DNA of 64,000 nucleotides from contig CM075988.1 of the NCBI GenBank assembly GCA_038087875.1, positions 25,546,001 to 25,610,000 on the forward strand, read 5' to 3'. This document shows, piece by piece, positions 1-13,961 of the stretch (its first letter is position 1; every line of letters starts with the position of its first letter). The position numbers and the translations under genes are program-made. This stretch comes from Malacoraja senta. Lineage: Eukaryota. The notes under the pieces were generated by a model that worked only from the letters and a program-made list of their open reading frames with translations, was not told where the DNA came from and ran no database searches.

Positions 1-1091
1 TACAGCTAATTGACATTCTTGGAGATGACCTGCGTTTTGATTTTTAGAGGGATGTGCGTTTTGTTTCTCTGGTATGTTTGTGAGAATACTGACAGTTACT
101 GTTAGAGATTTGCTGCTTTCAGTGCGAGCTTTATCTTCTGAATTCTACATTTTAGAGATGAGTTATATAGGTTTCAATATATAACAATATTGGCATGCAA
201 TGATCTCCCATGATGTGTACATCATCAGCTTGAGGAACATTTTACAAAGAACCCTGATATCCTTCCTGTTTCATTCTTTTGACTTTCAAATTTAAGTTTG
301 AGTTATTTTTGAGCTGATGTTCAAGAACATCCAAATCCAGCAAATATATCTTTGAAGTCTGGTCCATGGGACAGATTGGCAACAGTGGCTTTTAAAAACA
401 AAATATTTTAAAGAATTAGACGTTGAATGTGTCTGAAATCACTTGAGTAAAGAGATAATGGTGTTTTTGCCTCTGCAGCTTTCCTTACCAGCCGGCTGAG
501 ACGCTTACATTTCGTATTGTAGGGTAGAGTTAATTATTCCTTGGCCTGTTTCAGTTTGTAAAACAAAAAATGTTAGTTGTTGTATATTATGGATCAAACC
601 TGTGCCATTTTAAACCCATTATCACTTGTGTTCTCTTGTGGATTAAGGGCTGATGCAGCAGGTCTTGCGTGTGAAGCTGGTTTATATATAATCAGGTACG
701 GTGTGCTTCAATTGCTCTCAGTAATGCATGGGAAGGGGGCCCTTCCTGCAACACCCAGTACACAGTAGCCTATTGAGTTGAAGGCCCTTTTTGTTTTCTT
801 CTGCTTATCTTGGCTTGATTGTGGTGTCACTGTGTGCATAGTAGACTTAAAAAATGTTTACAGATATACATTGGTATAATTCGTGTACTGTACCAAGCAC
901 ATTTGTGGGAAAAGTGCTGCAATGTCACAACAGTCAAAAGTTAACATCTATTGTTTGGGAAAACCGGTAGAATTACATAGGTAAATATGAAAATATTGGC
1001 ATGTCAAATGGTAAGCTAATTGAGTTCATTGTTAAACCTAGGGTTTAATTCTCCAACTCTAACATAAAAACATTTCCATTTGTTTCCTCAG

Positions 1092-1250
1092 ACCTTCTGG
1101 TCCAAGCAAAGCCTTAAAACTTGGAGCAAAAGGAAAAGATGTGGAGAATTTCGTAGATAAACTGAAACTAGAAGGAGAACAAATCAGTTCCTCGACAAAG
1201 CGTTTGTCAGAAGCAGCTAAAGTGCTGTCACCTCCCATTAACGTAGAAAG
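1092..1250 (+). CDS. ARCN1: ARCN1 (coatomer subunit delta) internal coding exon; upstream exons lie outside the window
   Basis: ctcag|A...GAAAG|gtgggt. Encodes (R)PSGPSKALKLGAKGKDVENFVDKLKLEGEQISSSTKRLSEAAKVLSPPINVE(S), matching the delta-COP linker as recalled. 159 nt, phase 2 to 2. Confidence 0.96.
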
Positions 1251-1329
1251 GTGGGTTTTGTTTCTCTGTACAGTATCCAAATATATATTTTTCCGCAGGT
1301 GATGTATTTTCGTCTTGTACAGTTTCTTG

Positions 1330-2700
1330 TCACTGTTAAGCCATGCTTATCAACCATACATCCACTGTCTCGTCACCCACAACTAGAAAACCACGTTATT
1401 CCCAGGGTGCCTCAGCTACTTTAATCGCAAACGTTTTAAAGAATAGATACCAGCCCGACTGTAATAGCAGAATGGTTTCTCTGCTGACTGCTACGCGTGT
1501 ATGTTGCCAAACCAGTGGCTAATGAGCTGGTCCCTGAATCGCAGTTTGGATTCTGCCATTTGGTGGATATGCCCCTCATGGAACTAATCCAAGAAAAATG
1601 AAAGAAGTAGCACCTTCATAGCGTTTTTATTACTTTTATCCATCAGTGAAAGACCATCCTTAAATTTGGCTCCATTTTCCGCTTGCACCACGATGCAATG
1701 AATTAACCAGCAGACGTGCAACACAGTTCTATCTTGTAAACACAGGAAGTGCCTGAGAAGGTGATTCTGATAAGTTTCACCAGTGAGATACCAGGATTAG
1801 AGTCATGGAGTGATACAGTGTGGAAGCAGGCCTTTCGGCCCAACTCGCCCACACCGGCCAACAATATCCCAGCTACACTAGTCCCACTTGCCTGCGCTTG
1901 GTCCATAACCCTCCAAACCCGTTCTATCCATGTACCTGTCCAACTGTTTATTAAACGATGGGATAGTCCCAGCCTCAACTACCTCCTCTGGCAGCTTGTT
2001 CCATACACCCACCACACTTTGTGTGGCACAGGTTTGATGAAATAACTTTTTCATCCTGAGTTGGTGGTGATTTGTTGACTCTCCTCTGAGTTGTGGAGCT
2101 TGATGCAAAGCAAGGCTAACTTTAATTGCACCTGATGATGATGACACTGAAATGAAATTGTGGATCTACTTCTGACACATTATCAAGCAATTTAACTCTT
2201 TTCACTTGTCAGTGTTGCATCAGGGGAAATGACAAGATGGATTGCCAAGCACTGATGTCCTCACCAGCAGCAGTGTAATTGGTGTGAGGCCACGCTAAAA
2301 AAAAACCTTGTTGCAGTGACCAATGTGTGTTGTATGTGTGACTGATCATCTCATTTTCAAAGCTGTCCACTGCAGTGCAACTGTCTCATTTTCATTATAG
2401 GAAGTAGAAAAAATGCTCTGAGGTCATTAAAGGATGCTTTGAAATCCCCCCTCGTGTTACCTACCCAATAGATTATTGCAGCAAGATACTGGCCATGTTG
2501 GTTCAAATTAATTTGAGGTTGCAGAGCGTTGAAACTAAGTGTAAAGCACCCCGGTGGAAAAAGGTACATGGTATCTCTGAATTTGAAATCCTATTGAGCA
2601 GAGATGCCTATAATACATTGAAAGGGTGATACTCCACCAGTTTAGCTGGCATTACTTGCTAATGCTGCCCAATGGATCTAATCCTTTGGCACCAGTTTGT
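1330..2700 (+). mobile_element. Highly degraded RTE-like LINE remnant, interrupted by a CR1 3' fragment (about 1798-2024, -)
   Basis: Residual RT motifs ELVPESQFGF (1524-1553) and a KQG..IAP-like segment near 2105. The CR1 tail is recognisable from LPEEVVEAG..LDRYMD..YGPSAGKWD. Boundaries approximate. Confidence 0.45.
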
Positions 2701-3723
2701 TTTCCTGATGACCCCAGAAATTTAAAATTTGAATGTCTTTTAGTTGCTGCCAATATAAAAATTCAATATGTATGAAATGTATCAGGTTGTAATTTTGTTT
2801 TTGCCATTTGTTTATATGGTAATCATAAGGTAATGTTTTTTTTGTTCAACCTTCTCCTCCTGGTTGCTTGTTAAAGATTATGCTTCTGGACTTTTGTGCT
2901 TTCTTTTATTTTACACCTACTTTTGGAAATATTAGCAAACTGTGCTGGAATGGGGAAAGGTCCTGTACCTGCCAAGCCTGTATCTTCCTGCTGAGAGCAG
3001 CTGATCTGGCACAGGCTATGGTTAGTGATGGCTTTTTCTATGTACCTTTACAGATTAATAGAGACCCACTCCTCTATCTCCAGACTATTACTCCTGGCTC
3101 ATGTGATATAGGCTTGAGATCAGGAGAAATGTCTTCAACCAAGCTTGTGAAATGTTGTTTTTATCCCAACGGAGTAAAGGTACTCGGTGGTCAAGTATTT
3201 ACAGGGAAATTGAGGAGTGCAGGGTTAAGGGAGAAAGTGAACATGAAGTAAGGGGTTGGCAGTGATTGTCAGTTTTCCCCCTTTTGTCCCTTGTGTAAAT
3301 ACTCCACCACTGAGCACCCATATTCCTCTGAGATGAAGAAAAATATATAATTTAACAACTGGCACCTACTTTGCCATTAAAATACTGAGCAATGACTAGG
3401 TGTGTCTTCTGTACTGCAAAAAAATCCATTGTGCCTGTCCTACCTCATTGAGTATTGGAATTTGGGCCTTCAGTTTGTTTGCAGCAAAAAGCTACTTCTG
3501 TTAAAAATCCAAACGCGGTCATAGCATCAGTAGAGGGCCTTGTCAACAAACCCAAGCCACGTTAGCAGGCTGGGTTCAAGCCAGATGTTGGGTCCATAAT
3601 CCAATGTTGTATTTCAGGAGTGTATGTATTTCAGTCTGATCCGTTGCATGCCAAAGAAAGATTTTTTTTTGCGGAGTTTAGATTGTTCTGGTGATGTTAA
3701 TATTTTCCTTGCAACCGATGCAG

Positions 3724-3889
3724 CGTACATCTGAAGATTGAAGAGAAAATCACGTTGGTATGTGGCCGGGATGGTGGCCTGCAAAACATGGAGGTACACG
3801 GCATGATCATGCTGCGAGTTACTGATGAGAAACAGGGCAGAATTCGTCTTCAAGTGGAGAATGATGACAAAAAAGGAATTCAGCTACAG
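3724..3889 (+). CDS. ARCN1: ARCN1 coding exon, start of the mu-homology domain
   Basis: gcag|C...CAG|gtaaaa. VHLKIEEKITLVCGRDGGLQNMEVHGMIMLRVTDEKQGRIRLQVENDDKKGIQLQ. 166 nt, phase 2 to 0. Confidence 0.97.
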
Positions 3890-4806
3890 GTAAAAGTAAT
3901 GCTGTATCTGTGAGAATGCATCTCTTAATTGTTTGTGACAATCGGGGGGTGGGTCTCCCCGTCAGTTTGGGTGTCGTTTGATCTATTTTGGAGTTTGTTG
4001 TAGACTCATGCAAAGCAGCTGATTCCAATAAATATTTTATGCCGCAGTTTTGCAAATGTAAAACCAGTTTGTCCTCTAGCCACCAATGTACAGGTGACCT
4101 GCAGTTTAGTTGCGAGTAGATTTCATTCACATGTTTAAACTGTAATGTTTTATTATTAATGTTTAATGTTTTATGTGTCATTCTTAATTGTTACTGTATG
4201 TCATGTTGTTACTTGCGAGCGGAGCACCAAGGCAAATTCCTTGTATGTGAACATACCTGGCCAATAAACTCATTCATTCATTTTACATATTGCCTCAAGT
4301 ACAGAGGCAGCAGGGTTGAGAGGGGAAGAACTTCAGGGCTTAGAGCCTTGGCAACTAAGGTCACAGTCATAACAACGAAGCAATTAAAATCAATGGTGGT
4401 GGGGGCAGTAGTGCTCATGACCAAAGTTGGAAGTGTGCAGATCACCCTGAGACTGGAGCAGATTTGTTGATATTATGTAGGAAAGAACTGCAGATGCTTG
4501 TTTACATCGAAGATAGACACAAAATGTTGGGCAGGCAGCACCTCTGGAGAGAAGGAATGGGTGGCGTCTCGGGTCGAGACCCTTCTTCAGACTATTTGTT
4601 CATTCATTTGCATATTTTTAAGTATGGGTTCCGATGCAAAACTGCAAACATGATGCAAGGTAGAAATTAGATTTGGTTTTCTGGGCCTCTATTCAAAACT
4701 CTTCTTAATTCCTGGTCGAGCAACCCTTTACTGGAACCACAGATTGTACTGATTTGTGTTTAGGTAATTGATGTTTGGTTTTAAATTATTTTATTTTTGT
4801 ATCCAG

Positions 4807-4954
4807 ACCCACCCAAATGTGGACAAGAAGCTTTTCACTGCAGAATCGTTGATCGGCTTAAAGAACCCTGAAAAATCCTTCCCACTAAATAATGATGTTG
4901 GCGTCCTGAAGTGGAGGTTGCAAACCACTGATGATACCTTTGTTCCCCTCACCA
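4807..4954 (+). CDS. ARCN1: ARCN1 coding exon
   Basis: atccag|ACC...ACCA|gtaagt. THPNVDKKLFTAESLIGLKNPEKSFPLNNDVGVLKWRLQTTDDTFVPLT. 148 nt, phase 0 to 1. Confidence 0.97.
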
Positions 4955-6189
4955 GTAAGTTTAAAAAAAAAATCCTGTGGTAGGAAGATGAACAAGCAGC
5001 AATGCTATCAGCAGAAGAAAATGTTTTCAGCGTTTCATGGGGTGATTGATCATTCTTTGCTCTTAACTCCCATGAACTTCTGGATCTTCCTTTTTGATTA
5101 AGATTTTATTCACTAGGCCTTGCCATGGTGTGCCATGGTGTAAAATTGTGAAGAAAGACACAATGCTGGAGTAACTCAGCGGGACAGGCAGCATCTCTGG
5201 AGAGAAGGAATGTGTGACGTTTCTAGTTGAGACCCTTCTTCAGACAGATGTAAAAATGGAAAATTGATGAGATTACAGAAACCTGGGTGTTTCGTATTTA
5301 AAAATGCTCTATGTGCAATTTGAGGTAAATTAAACACAATTGCTCCAAGAAGCAGAATTTAAAGAAGTAATCCTTCATTTTCCAGTGGCTGCTTATAAAT
5401 ACAAGGGTTCCTCGAAACATGGATGACATGACTTAAAAAATCCCACTTTACACTAATTCTCCCTTGTGTTTTAACATACGATATTTGTTGATGTGGACAT
5501 TTCTGAAAAACACAGGTGAAACATTCCCTTTTCCATGCAGGGCAATGTCAAAGCTACACCATCATCTCTCGCAGATGGATGGATGGGTGCCAATATAATA
5601 TCCCGTCGCTATAACGGGACATATGATTGTCTACCATAACCGAATAAGGGGGTTAATATCTACAGTACTGTCGCAATGTCTTTGTCTTTGCCATGTTGGA
5701 GGAAAGACAGCATCATTGTGGTAGTTCTATCCTACACACTGAATTGTCCCTACTGTGTAGGAGAGAACTAGTGTATGGGGTGATTGTGGTTGGTGCAGAG
5801 TTTGTGTTTCCATGCTGTATTTCTAAACTGAAGATGAAGTGGTTCAAAAACACCATTTGCTCCATCCGCCCAGTGGTCATTCATGAAACAACGAGCTTGG
5901 TCTACAACAGATTTTGTCTGCTGTAACCTAAACCCATTATAAAGGGGTGCGTTGAAACGAGGGTTTACTCTACACACGGCTGACACACAAAGAGATTGGC
6001 TAATGGATAGTTCCCTTTGCATAATCCTGGGACTGCCAGTAGTGTGATTTGTTACTTGAAACTGGCAACCTTAAGTCTCATAATACAAAATCGTTAAGTT
6101 CAAATGTAGAAACCTGTGAAGTTGTCCACCACTTTGTTCAGGAACGATGCAAAGCAATTTCACTTCCTCCATACATGCATTTCACTGCT

Positions 6190-7706
6190 TACAATTGACG
6201 ATTTAGACGAGGGAATTAAATGTGACCTACAAGTTTGCGGATGACACCAAGCTGGGTGGCAGTGTGAGCTGTGATGAGGATGCTATGAGGCTGCAGGTTG
6301 ACTTGGATAGATTGGGTGAGTGGGCAGATGCAGTATAATGTGGATAAATGTGAGGTTATCCACTTTGGTGGCAAGAACAAGGCAGATTATTATTTGAATG
6401 GTGACAGATTAGGAAAAAGGGAGGTGCAATGAGACCTGGGTGTGCTTGTACATCAGTCACTGAAAGTAAGCATGTAGGTTCAGCAGGCAGTGAAGAAAGC
6501 TAATAGCACGTTGGCCTTCATTGCAAGAGGATTTGAGTTTAGGAGCAACGAGGTCCTACTGCAGGTAGACAAAAATGCTGGAGAAACTCAGCGGGTGAGG
6601 CAGCATTTATGGAGCGAAGGAAATAGGCGACGTTTCGGGCCAAAACTCTTCTTCAGACTGATGTGGGGGTGGGGGCGGGGGGAGGCGGGAAGAAGAAAGG
6701 AAGAGGTGGAGCTGAGAAGGGGAGGAGAAAGTAAGGACTATCTGAAATTAGAGAAGTCAATGTTCATACCGCTGGGGTGTAAACTGCCCAAGCTAAATAT
6801 GAGGTGCTGCTCCTCCAATTTACGATGGTCATGGAGGAGGCCGAGGACAGAAAGGTCAGATTCGGAATGGGAGGGGGAGTTGAAGTGTTGAGCCACCGGG
6901 AGATCAGGTTGGTTATTGCGAACCGAGCGGAGGTGTTCGGCGAAACGATCGCAAGCCTCCGCTTGGTCTCACCGATGTAGAGCAGCTGACATCTAGAGCA
7001 GCGGATGCAATAGATGAGGTTGGAGGAGGTGCAGGTGAACCTCTGCCTCACCTGGAAAGACTGCTTGGGTCCTTGAATGGAGTCAAGGGGGAGGTAAAGC
7101 GACAAGTGTAGCATTTCTTGCGGTCCTACTGCAGTTGTACAGGGCCCTGGTGAGACCGCACCTGGAGTATTGTGTGCAATTTTGGTCTCCTATTTTGAGG
7201 AAGGACATTATTGTTATTGAGGGAGTGCAGCGTAGGTTCACCAGGTTAATTCTCGGGATGGTGGGACTGGCGTATGATGAAAGAATGGATCGACTGGGCT
7301 TGTATTCACTGGAATTTAGAAGGATGGGAGGGGATCTTATAGAAACATAAAATTCTTATAGGATTGGACAGGCTAGATGCAGGAAAAATGTTCCCAACGT
7401 TGGGCGAGTCCAGAACCAGGGGTCCCAGTTTAAGAATAAGGGGTCGGCTATTTAGGACTGAGATGAGGATAAACTTCTTCACCCAGAGAGTTGTGAATCT
7501 GTGGAATTCTCTGCCACAGAAGACAGTGGAGGCCAATTCACTGGATGTTTTCAAGAGAGAGTTAGCTCTTAGGGCTAACGGAATCAAGGGATATGGGGGA
7601 AAAAGCAGGAACGGGGTACTTATTTTAGATGATCAGCCATGATCATATTGAATGGCGGTGCTGGTTCGAAGGGCCGAATGGCCTACTCCTGCACCTATTT
7701 TCTATG
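6190..7706 (+). mobile_element. CR1 LINE 3' fragment in an ARCN1 intron, interrupted by a Penelope insert
   Basis: [22 protein letters not shown] and FFTQRVVNLWNSLP motifs, plus the CR1 3' end (gaagggccgaatggcctactcc). Confidence 0.92.
6565..7121 (-). mobile_element. Penelope-like element 3' fragment (GIY-YIG endonuclease plus pseudo-LTR)
   Basis: NLIYCIRCSRCQLLYIGETKRRL. 13-bp target duplication GGTCCTACTGCAG at 6552-6564 and 7122-7134. Confidence 0.9.
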
Positions 7707-8126
7707 TGCTCCTTTAATATCAATGCTGTGGGCCAGATACACACAACTTGCTGGAGTAACACAGCCTGTGGCCCAGGCTCCTACTTTATTTCTGAAGCTA
7801 ATTGTCCTGCACATCGCTGTGTGGAATATTATCCCAAGTCGTTCACTCCTCCATTCATAACCAGAACTCTATTTTGTGTAAAATGTGCAATTAGTAAACA
7901 CTGGTTTTCTGATTTGACGAATCGATGGAACAATAGAAATGCATTTCCAATGGAGGTGTTAAATCAGATCTACTTGTTTTCTGCAAATGTTTTGAAGATT
8001 TCGGTTTACAGCAATGAGTAATTTGATTGTGTGGACGGGCTTGAGCTGCTTCGAAGCAGGAGGTTCAAAGTTAAGAGATTGTTGTTGTCTTTGAGATGTT
8101 TTCATGACTTTCTCTCTCTGCATTAG

Positions 8127-8235
8127 TTAACTGTTGGCCTTCAGAGAGTGCCACGGGCTGCGATGTAAATATTGAGTACGAGTTGCAGGAGAGCAGTCTG
8201 GAACTAAATGATGTGGTCATCGCCATCCCACTTCC
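8127..8235 (+). CDS. ARCN1: ARCN1 coding exon
   Basis: cattag|TT...CTTCC|gtacgt. (I)NCWPSESATGCDVNIEYELQESSLELNDVVIAIPL(P). 109 nt, phase 1 to 2. Confidence 0.97.
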
Positions 8236-8736
8236 GTACGTTTTGTTTTTTGTTTAATCAACTGCAAATGTTTGTTTTCACTTTCCGATTATTCCTGTGA
8301 TGTAACTAGCAGCAATATTCCTGTCGCCTCAGTTTCTCTAAGGAGACGGTGCTTGGCTTCGGGAAACCTCTGAGATACGGCGAAAATATTTTATAATATT
8401 TTTTTCCAACCATGAATCGTCATGTCCGATGGCGATCGTCTGTATTTCAGTGGCTTCCTATCTAAAAGAACTCCAACCACTCTGCAAGTGAGGCAATGTA
8501 GTTGGTGGAGAACAAACGAGTGTATCAGGCTGATGGCCTTTTGTTCTCTTGTTTCCTCCCTACCTCACCATATTGCCTGCTGATTCTTTACATTTTTGAC
8601 ACCTAGGTCTTGTACCTTGCTTTAAAATTTAAAAAATATATATATTAATGCTCTAAATGCAGCTGAGACATTCAAACAATTGTACCAAAGCAATAGCTGT
8701 TGCCCTGATCCCATTGTTCACTTCTGTTGTACCTAG

Positions 8737-8941
8737 GGCTGGTGCTGGAACTCTATTAATTAATGAACTCGAAGGCGAGTATCACCACGACAGTCGAAAA
8801 AACATACTCGAGTGGTGTCTGCCGGTCATCGACGCCAAAAACAAGTCTGGCAGCATGGAGTTCAGTATTCCAGGACAACCCAATGATTTCTTTCCAATCA
8901 ATGTGTCCTTCGTATCCAAAAAGAATTACTGCAATATACAG
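8737..8941 (+). CDS. ARCN1: ARCN1 coding exon
   Basis: cctag|G...CAG|gtatga. AGAGTLLINELEGEYHHDSRKNILEWCLPVIDAKNKSGSMEFSIPGQPNDFFPINVSFVSKKNYCNIQ. 205 nt, phase 2 to 0. Confidence 0.97.
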
Positions 8942-10039
8942 GTATGAACTCTTATTAAAATGCCAGACCAATTCAGGGAAACTCCCTCGGGTATATCCTA
9001 CAAGTTGTTCATGTGATGGGATCAGAATTAGGCCATTCGGCCCATCATGTCCACTCCGCCATTCAATCATGGCTGATCTAAATTCCACTCTCAACCCGAT
9101 TCTCCTGCCTTCTCCCCATAACCACTGACACCCGTACTAATCAAGAATCTATCTATCTCTGCCTTAAAAAATATCCATTGACTTGGCGTCCACAGCTTTC
9201 TGTGTAGAATCTGTGCTGAAGGAATTTCTAGGATGCAGCCAGTTGATTGGGTTTAGTGGAGAATCTGTTGGCCCTTCTAATTGACCAATTTTCCTAATTG
9301 TCTACATGTATTTATGATGTACATCTAACATTCAGTATGTTGTGAATTTACACATGGTGGTTTGGTTTACCCGAACCGCGTCGCAGATATTCAAGTTCCT
9401 AACCCAGAAATGCTCATTAAAATGTTGCTAGCGCAGCTGTTGAGTAGAAATTTGGATCAATACATTTTCTCATTGGTGACAATGCTTGATGTAAAAAGCA
9501 TCTAGTCCACCCATTACCTTTTTAGAGAATAGAGTCTACCATCCTTTGTGGCTGTCCCCCCCCCCCCCCCCCCCCCCCCCCGGCCCCAATGACATCAACT
9601 CAACTCTCAAGTGCAGTCTGGCCCAACACTTAAGAATGGGCAACAAATGGTAGTGATCCCCTCATCCCATGTAGCAAATATTTTGGAAGCAATAAATTGA
9701 ATGTCATGCAGTCACCACAATATCAAGTGATCTTAAAACCAAATATTAACTGTAATGTAATAAGTTTAAGATTAGTGTCTATTTCTGGAACATGAACTCT
9801 CCCCAATAAAAAAATATCTGCATGAATTTTCACTTTCACTGTCCAAAGGTGCACTTATTGTGTGTGTGGGTAACAGTGATTGTGCTTGTGATTTGCTGCC
9901 TGGACACTGAAGCTGAAGAGTCGTAGCTGAAGTAACCAGAAGCTACCCGAGGGGTAGATTATTGTCTGATTTAAAAAAAAATGTTTTTGGAAGAAATGGA
10001 GAGAATGTTGGAGATAAGTTTATATCCTTGTGTCTTTAG

Positions 10040-10129
10040 GTGAGCGGAATAAATCATGTTGAGAGCAACAGTCCTGTGAGGTTCTCCCTGGAAACCATGT
10101 TCTTGGTTGACAGATACGAGATACAGTAA
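10040..10129 (+). CDS. ARCN1: ARCN1 last coding exon with stop codon
   Basis: tctttag|GTG...TAA. VSGINHVESNSPVRFSLETMFLVDRYEIQ*, matching the recalled delta-COP C-terminus (SPVRFSTETTFLVDKYEIL). Confidence 0.96.
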   Translation: MSGINHVESNSPVRFSLETMFLVDRYEIQ

Positions 10130-10879
10130 CACCAACACAAGAAATATCCAGAAGACACAAGAGCAGGTGTACACAAGAACATAGACTGCAAAATTCAAAA
10201 ATAGAATTGCCCGGTGTATAGGGGAAAGATTCTGAGTGCTTGCAGAGCGATGTGGTTTATTATCTGTTGTCCAAACATGCTGACTATTCTCGGATCGCAA
10301 AAAGAGTTTGATATTAATACTTTAATTAATCAACAAGTAAATATGTCTTTGTTTTCAAAGGGGAGGTGTGGGAGGGATGACATTTGATTGCATCAACAGC
10401 ATCACGTATGTGAACCACAGCTCCACTTGTCCCCCATTGTATTGCCTCGTTGGCTGTAATGATCTTTTTAGACCTTTTTTTTGTTGAATTAGTTTTCCAG
10501 GTGAAGTGAAATTTTTTTCTTTTCCTTTTTTTTGTTCCTTGATTTGGATGAAAAATGATCGAAGCAGATTTTGTAACCCTGTAAAATGTATGAGGGAATA
10601 TGACAACATTCCAATGTAAAAAGACTTTAAAAAAAAATGTAATCTTTAAGATGATTAAAAGTATATTGTAAAACAATGATGTTGCTTTGTTTCTCTCTGG
10701 GCTAGTCATGACCACTAGTGGGAAACTTTCATCATTATATAGGGAACGTACGAACAAAAATGTAGTGACATGCCCGGAAATCACCCATGAACTGGTGTGG
10801 CAAGTGGTAGTGGGGTGAATTGGACAGTGGGATTGCAGTGGTCTAATCACTTGCATCAAAATCCATGAGTTTTCGTTCT

Positions 10880-11600
10880 TGATAGACACAAAAACGCTGG
10901 AGTAACTCAGCGGGTCAGACAGCATCTCTGGAGAAAAGGAATAGGTGACGTTTTAGATTGAGACCCTTCTCAAGCGCTAGTACCTCCACCAATGTAAAGC
11001 ATTTTGGCCAACGAGAGTTGTTTTTTTAAATGTGCTATACAAATAAAAGTGACTTGACTTGACTTCTCCAAACTGGAGAAGAAGGGTCTCAACCCTAGAC
11101 ATCACCTATTCTTTTTCTCCAGAGATGCTGTCGGACCTACTGTGTTACTCCAGCTTTTTGTGTTCATCTTTGGTTTAAACCAGCATCTGCAGTTCCTTCC
11201 TACATTCTTGAATTGTGTAGTAATTCAACCTTGAAACCAAGATTGTTAAGGGTTTGGACACGCTAGAGGCAGGAAACATGTTCCCGATGTTGGGGGAGTC
11301 GAGAACCAGTGGCCACAGTTTAAGAATAAGGGGTAAGCCATTTAGAACGGAGACGAGGAAACACTTTCTCACAGAGAGTGGTGAGTCTGTGGAATTCTCT
11401 GCCTCAGAGGGCGGTGGAGGCAGGTTCTCTGGATGTTTTCAAGAGAGAGCTAGATAGGGCTCTTAAAGATAGCGGAGTCAGGGGATATGGGGAGAAGACA
11501 GGAACGGGGTACTGATTGGGGATGATCAGCCATGATCACATTGAATGGCGGTGCTGGCTCGAAGGGCCGAATGGCCTACTCCTGCACCTATTGTCTATTG
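10880..11600. mobile_element. Cluster: Penelope-derived inverted repeat with an inserted L2 tail (about 10975-11065), followed by a CR1 3' fragment (about 11240-11600, +)
   Basis: Arms ctggagtaactcagc.. and ..gttactccagc. L2 tail ending (TTGAC)n. CR1 MFPMLGESRT..WNSLP and 3' end. Confidence 0.8.
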
Positions 11601-12442
11601 AAACAATAATATCAAGGAATTGGATAATTTTTTACAGTTAATGTTCAGGATTTACTTAGGGTTGTGCTGGACGTTCCCAATCCATTTCCTTTCTGCAGTG
11701 TCTGTTTACACTCTCTTGATGCACTTGGGTATGTTTTAGACACCTTCAGAACATGAAGGGCTGTCTGCTTCATCGTCATGTTGAATTGAATTATGCACCT
11801 TGGGAAATTTGACGGGATTGTCATTTTAGAATTTGCAAATTTCCTTTGCCCGAACCCGGGTGCCTGGTGCTGCAAGGCAGCAACTCAACAGCTGCGCTAC
11901 CGTGCTGTCCTCACGGGAAAGTTTACTGCTATCGACAACAAAGCAGAAAGACAGAAGCAAAGACTACCTTTAAGGAAAATAATGCTGCAGACTGCCACGA
12001 CAGGAATCCCAGGGGACTCAACCCATCGGTGGATCAAAACCCTGGGGTTTCGAAATTATATATTAACTTGCTGTTACTGGTTCTGAAAAATTATCAGCCA
12101 GAAACTTCGTTCTCTGCTGATGTTTTGAGAAGCCAACATCCTGGTAGACTGTTCTCATGGTTCCAAGAATTGAGAATAATAGGAGAGGAAGGAAATATGT
12201 GCTTGACCCATGGAAATGAACTGACATTTGTTGGCATTGTTGATTTTTAAAAGGCAAATCGAAAGCAACATTTTTGGTCCATTTCGTCGAGATCCTTCAA
12301 GTCAAGTTGACTTTATTTGTCACATACACATACAAGATGTACAGAAAGTGGCAGTGCTTGCGGAATTGTGCAAAACAGAACAGAACCAGTATTTACATTT
12401 AAAAAAAGACGCAACAGTATTTACGCCCTAGTGAGATCTGAG

Positions 12443-13961
12443 TGTACAACTGCTGCTGTCACACCAATCTTAAAGAAACCTGGTCTTGATCCCTCCTCTC
12501 TCATTAACTACCACCCTATCTCAAACCTCCCCTTTCTTTCAAACACCCTGGAGCGTATCGTCGCGTCACAACTTCATTCCCACCTCCTCGCGTATAACCT
12601 ATTCGAACCCCTCCAATCTGGCTTTCGCCCCCTCCATAGCACAGAAACTGCTCTCCTCAAAGTCCTTAATGACCTCCTTACCTCTGCTGACACTGGCACC
12701 CTCAATATCCTCATCCTCCTCGACCTGAGTGCAGCCTTCGATACCGTGAACCATAACATCCTGCTCACCAGACTTAGGGACCTTGGCATTGAAGGTTCTG
12801 CACTCAGCTGGTTCCGTTCCTACCTTTCCAACCGATCCCACTTCATCTCTCTCCATAACCACACCTCTGCCACAGCCACTCACTCAAGGCGTTCCCCAAG
12901 GCTCTGTTCTTGGCCCCCTCCTCTTCATCATCTACATCCTCCCCCTTGGTCATATACTCCGTCACTTCAACCTGGACTTCCACTGCTATGCTGATGACAC
13001 CCAGATCTATCTCAGCACCAAATCTCCCCACCACCCCCCTCTCTCCCATATCAACTCCTGCCTGTCAGCCATCAAATCTTGGATGCAACTCAACTTCCTT
13101 AAATTAAACAGTAACAAAACAGAATTTCTCCTCATTGGCTCCAAATCAACACTCACTAAAATTAACAACCCCACTCTCACTATTGACGGCACCACTGTCT
13201 CCCCATCTCCTCAGGCCCGCAACCTTGGCGTGATCTTTGACTCAACCCTCTCCCTTGAGCCTCCCATCCGCCATGTTGTCAAAACATCATTTTTTCACCT
13301 CCGCATCATTGCCAAAATCAGATCCTCTCTCACACCCCCCGCTGCTGAAAGACTCATCCATGCCTTCATCTCCTCCCGACTGGACTACTGTAACTCTCTT
13401 CTCTTTGGCATCAATTCCAGCAACATCAACCGACTCCAACTGGTCCAGAACGTTGCCGCCCGACTCATTACCCACACCAAATCCTGGCACCACATCACCC
13501 CAGTTCTCAAAGAACTTCACTGGCTTCCCATTTCCCACCGGATCATCTACAAAATCCTGGTCCTCACCTACAAAGCCCTCAACCACTTGCCCCCCCCCCT
13601 TATCTCACTGACCTCCTCTCCCCCTACCAACCCTCACGGTCCCTCAGATCCACATCAGCTGGTCTCCTCTCCACTCCGAAATCAAACCTCTGCGCTTTTG
13701 GAGGCAGAGCCTTCTCCAGGGCAGCTCCCAGGCTCTGGAATTCCCTCCCACAACCGGTCCGAAATTCTGAGTCCCTCACCATCTTCCAGTCCCGCCTCAA
13801 GACCCATCTCTTCACCTCTGCATACCCTTAGTCCCATGTTCCCCTCCCCTTTGCATCTCTGTCTTACTGCTCTATTTTGTTTTGTTTATTCTTGACTCTC
13901 AATGTAAAGCGACTTTGAGTACTTGAAAAGCACTATATAAATAAAATCTATTATTATTATT
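12443..13961 (+). mobile_element. L2-clade LINE, 5'-truncated and frameshifted
   Basis: RT motifs [38 protein letters not shown] and SRLDYCN. L2 3' stem-loop (gtaaagcgactttgag..aaaagcactata) and (ATT)n tail. Confidence 0.93.

Noticed and set aside
11036..11050. AATAAA as the ARCN1 polyadenylation signal
   Set aside because: It lies within an L2 tail insert. The transcript end cannot be determined from sequence alone.
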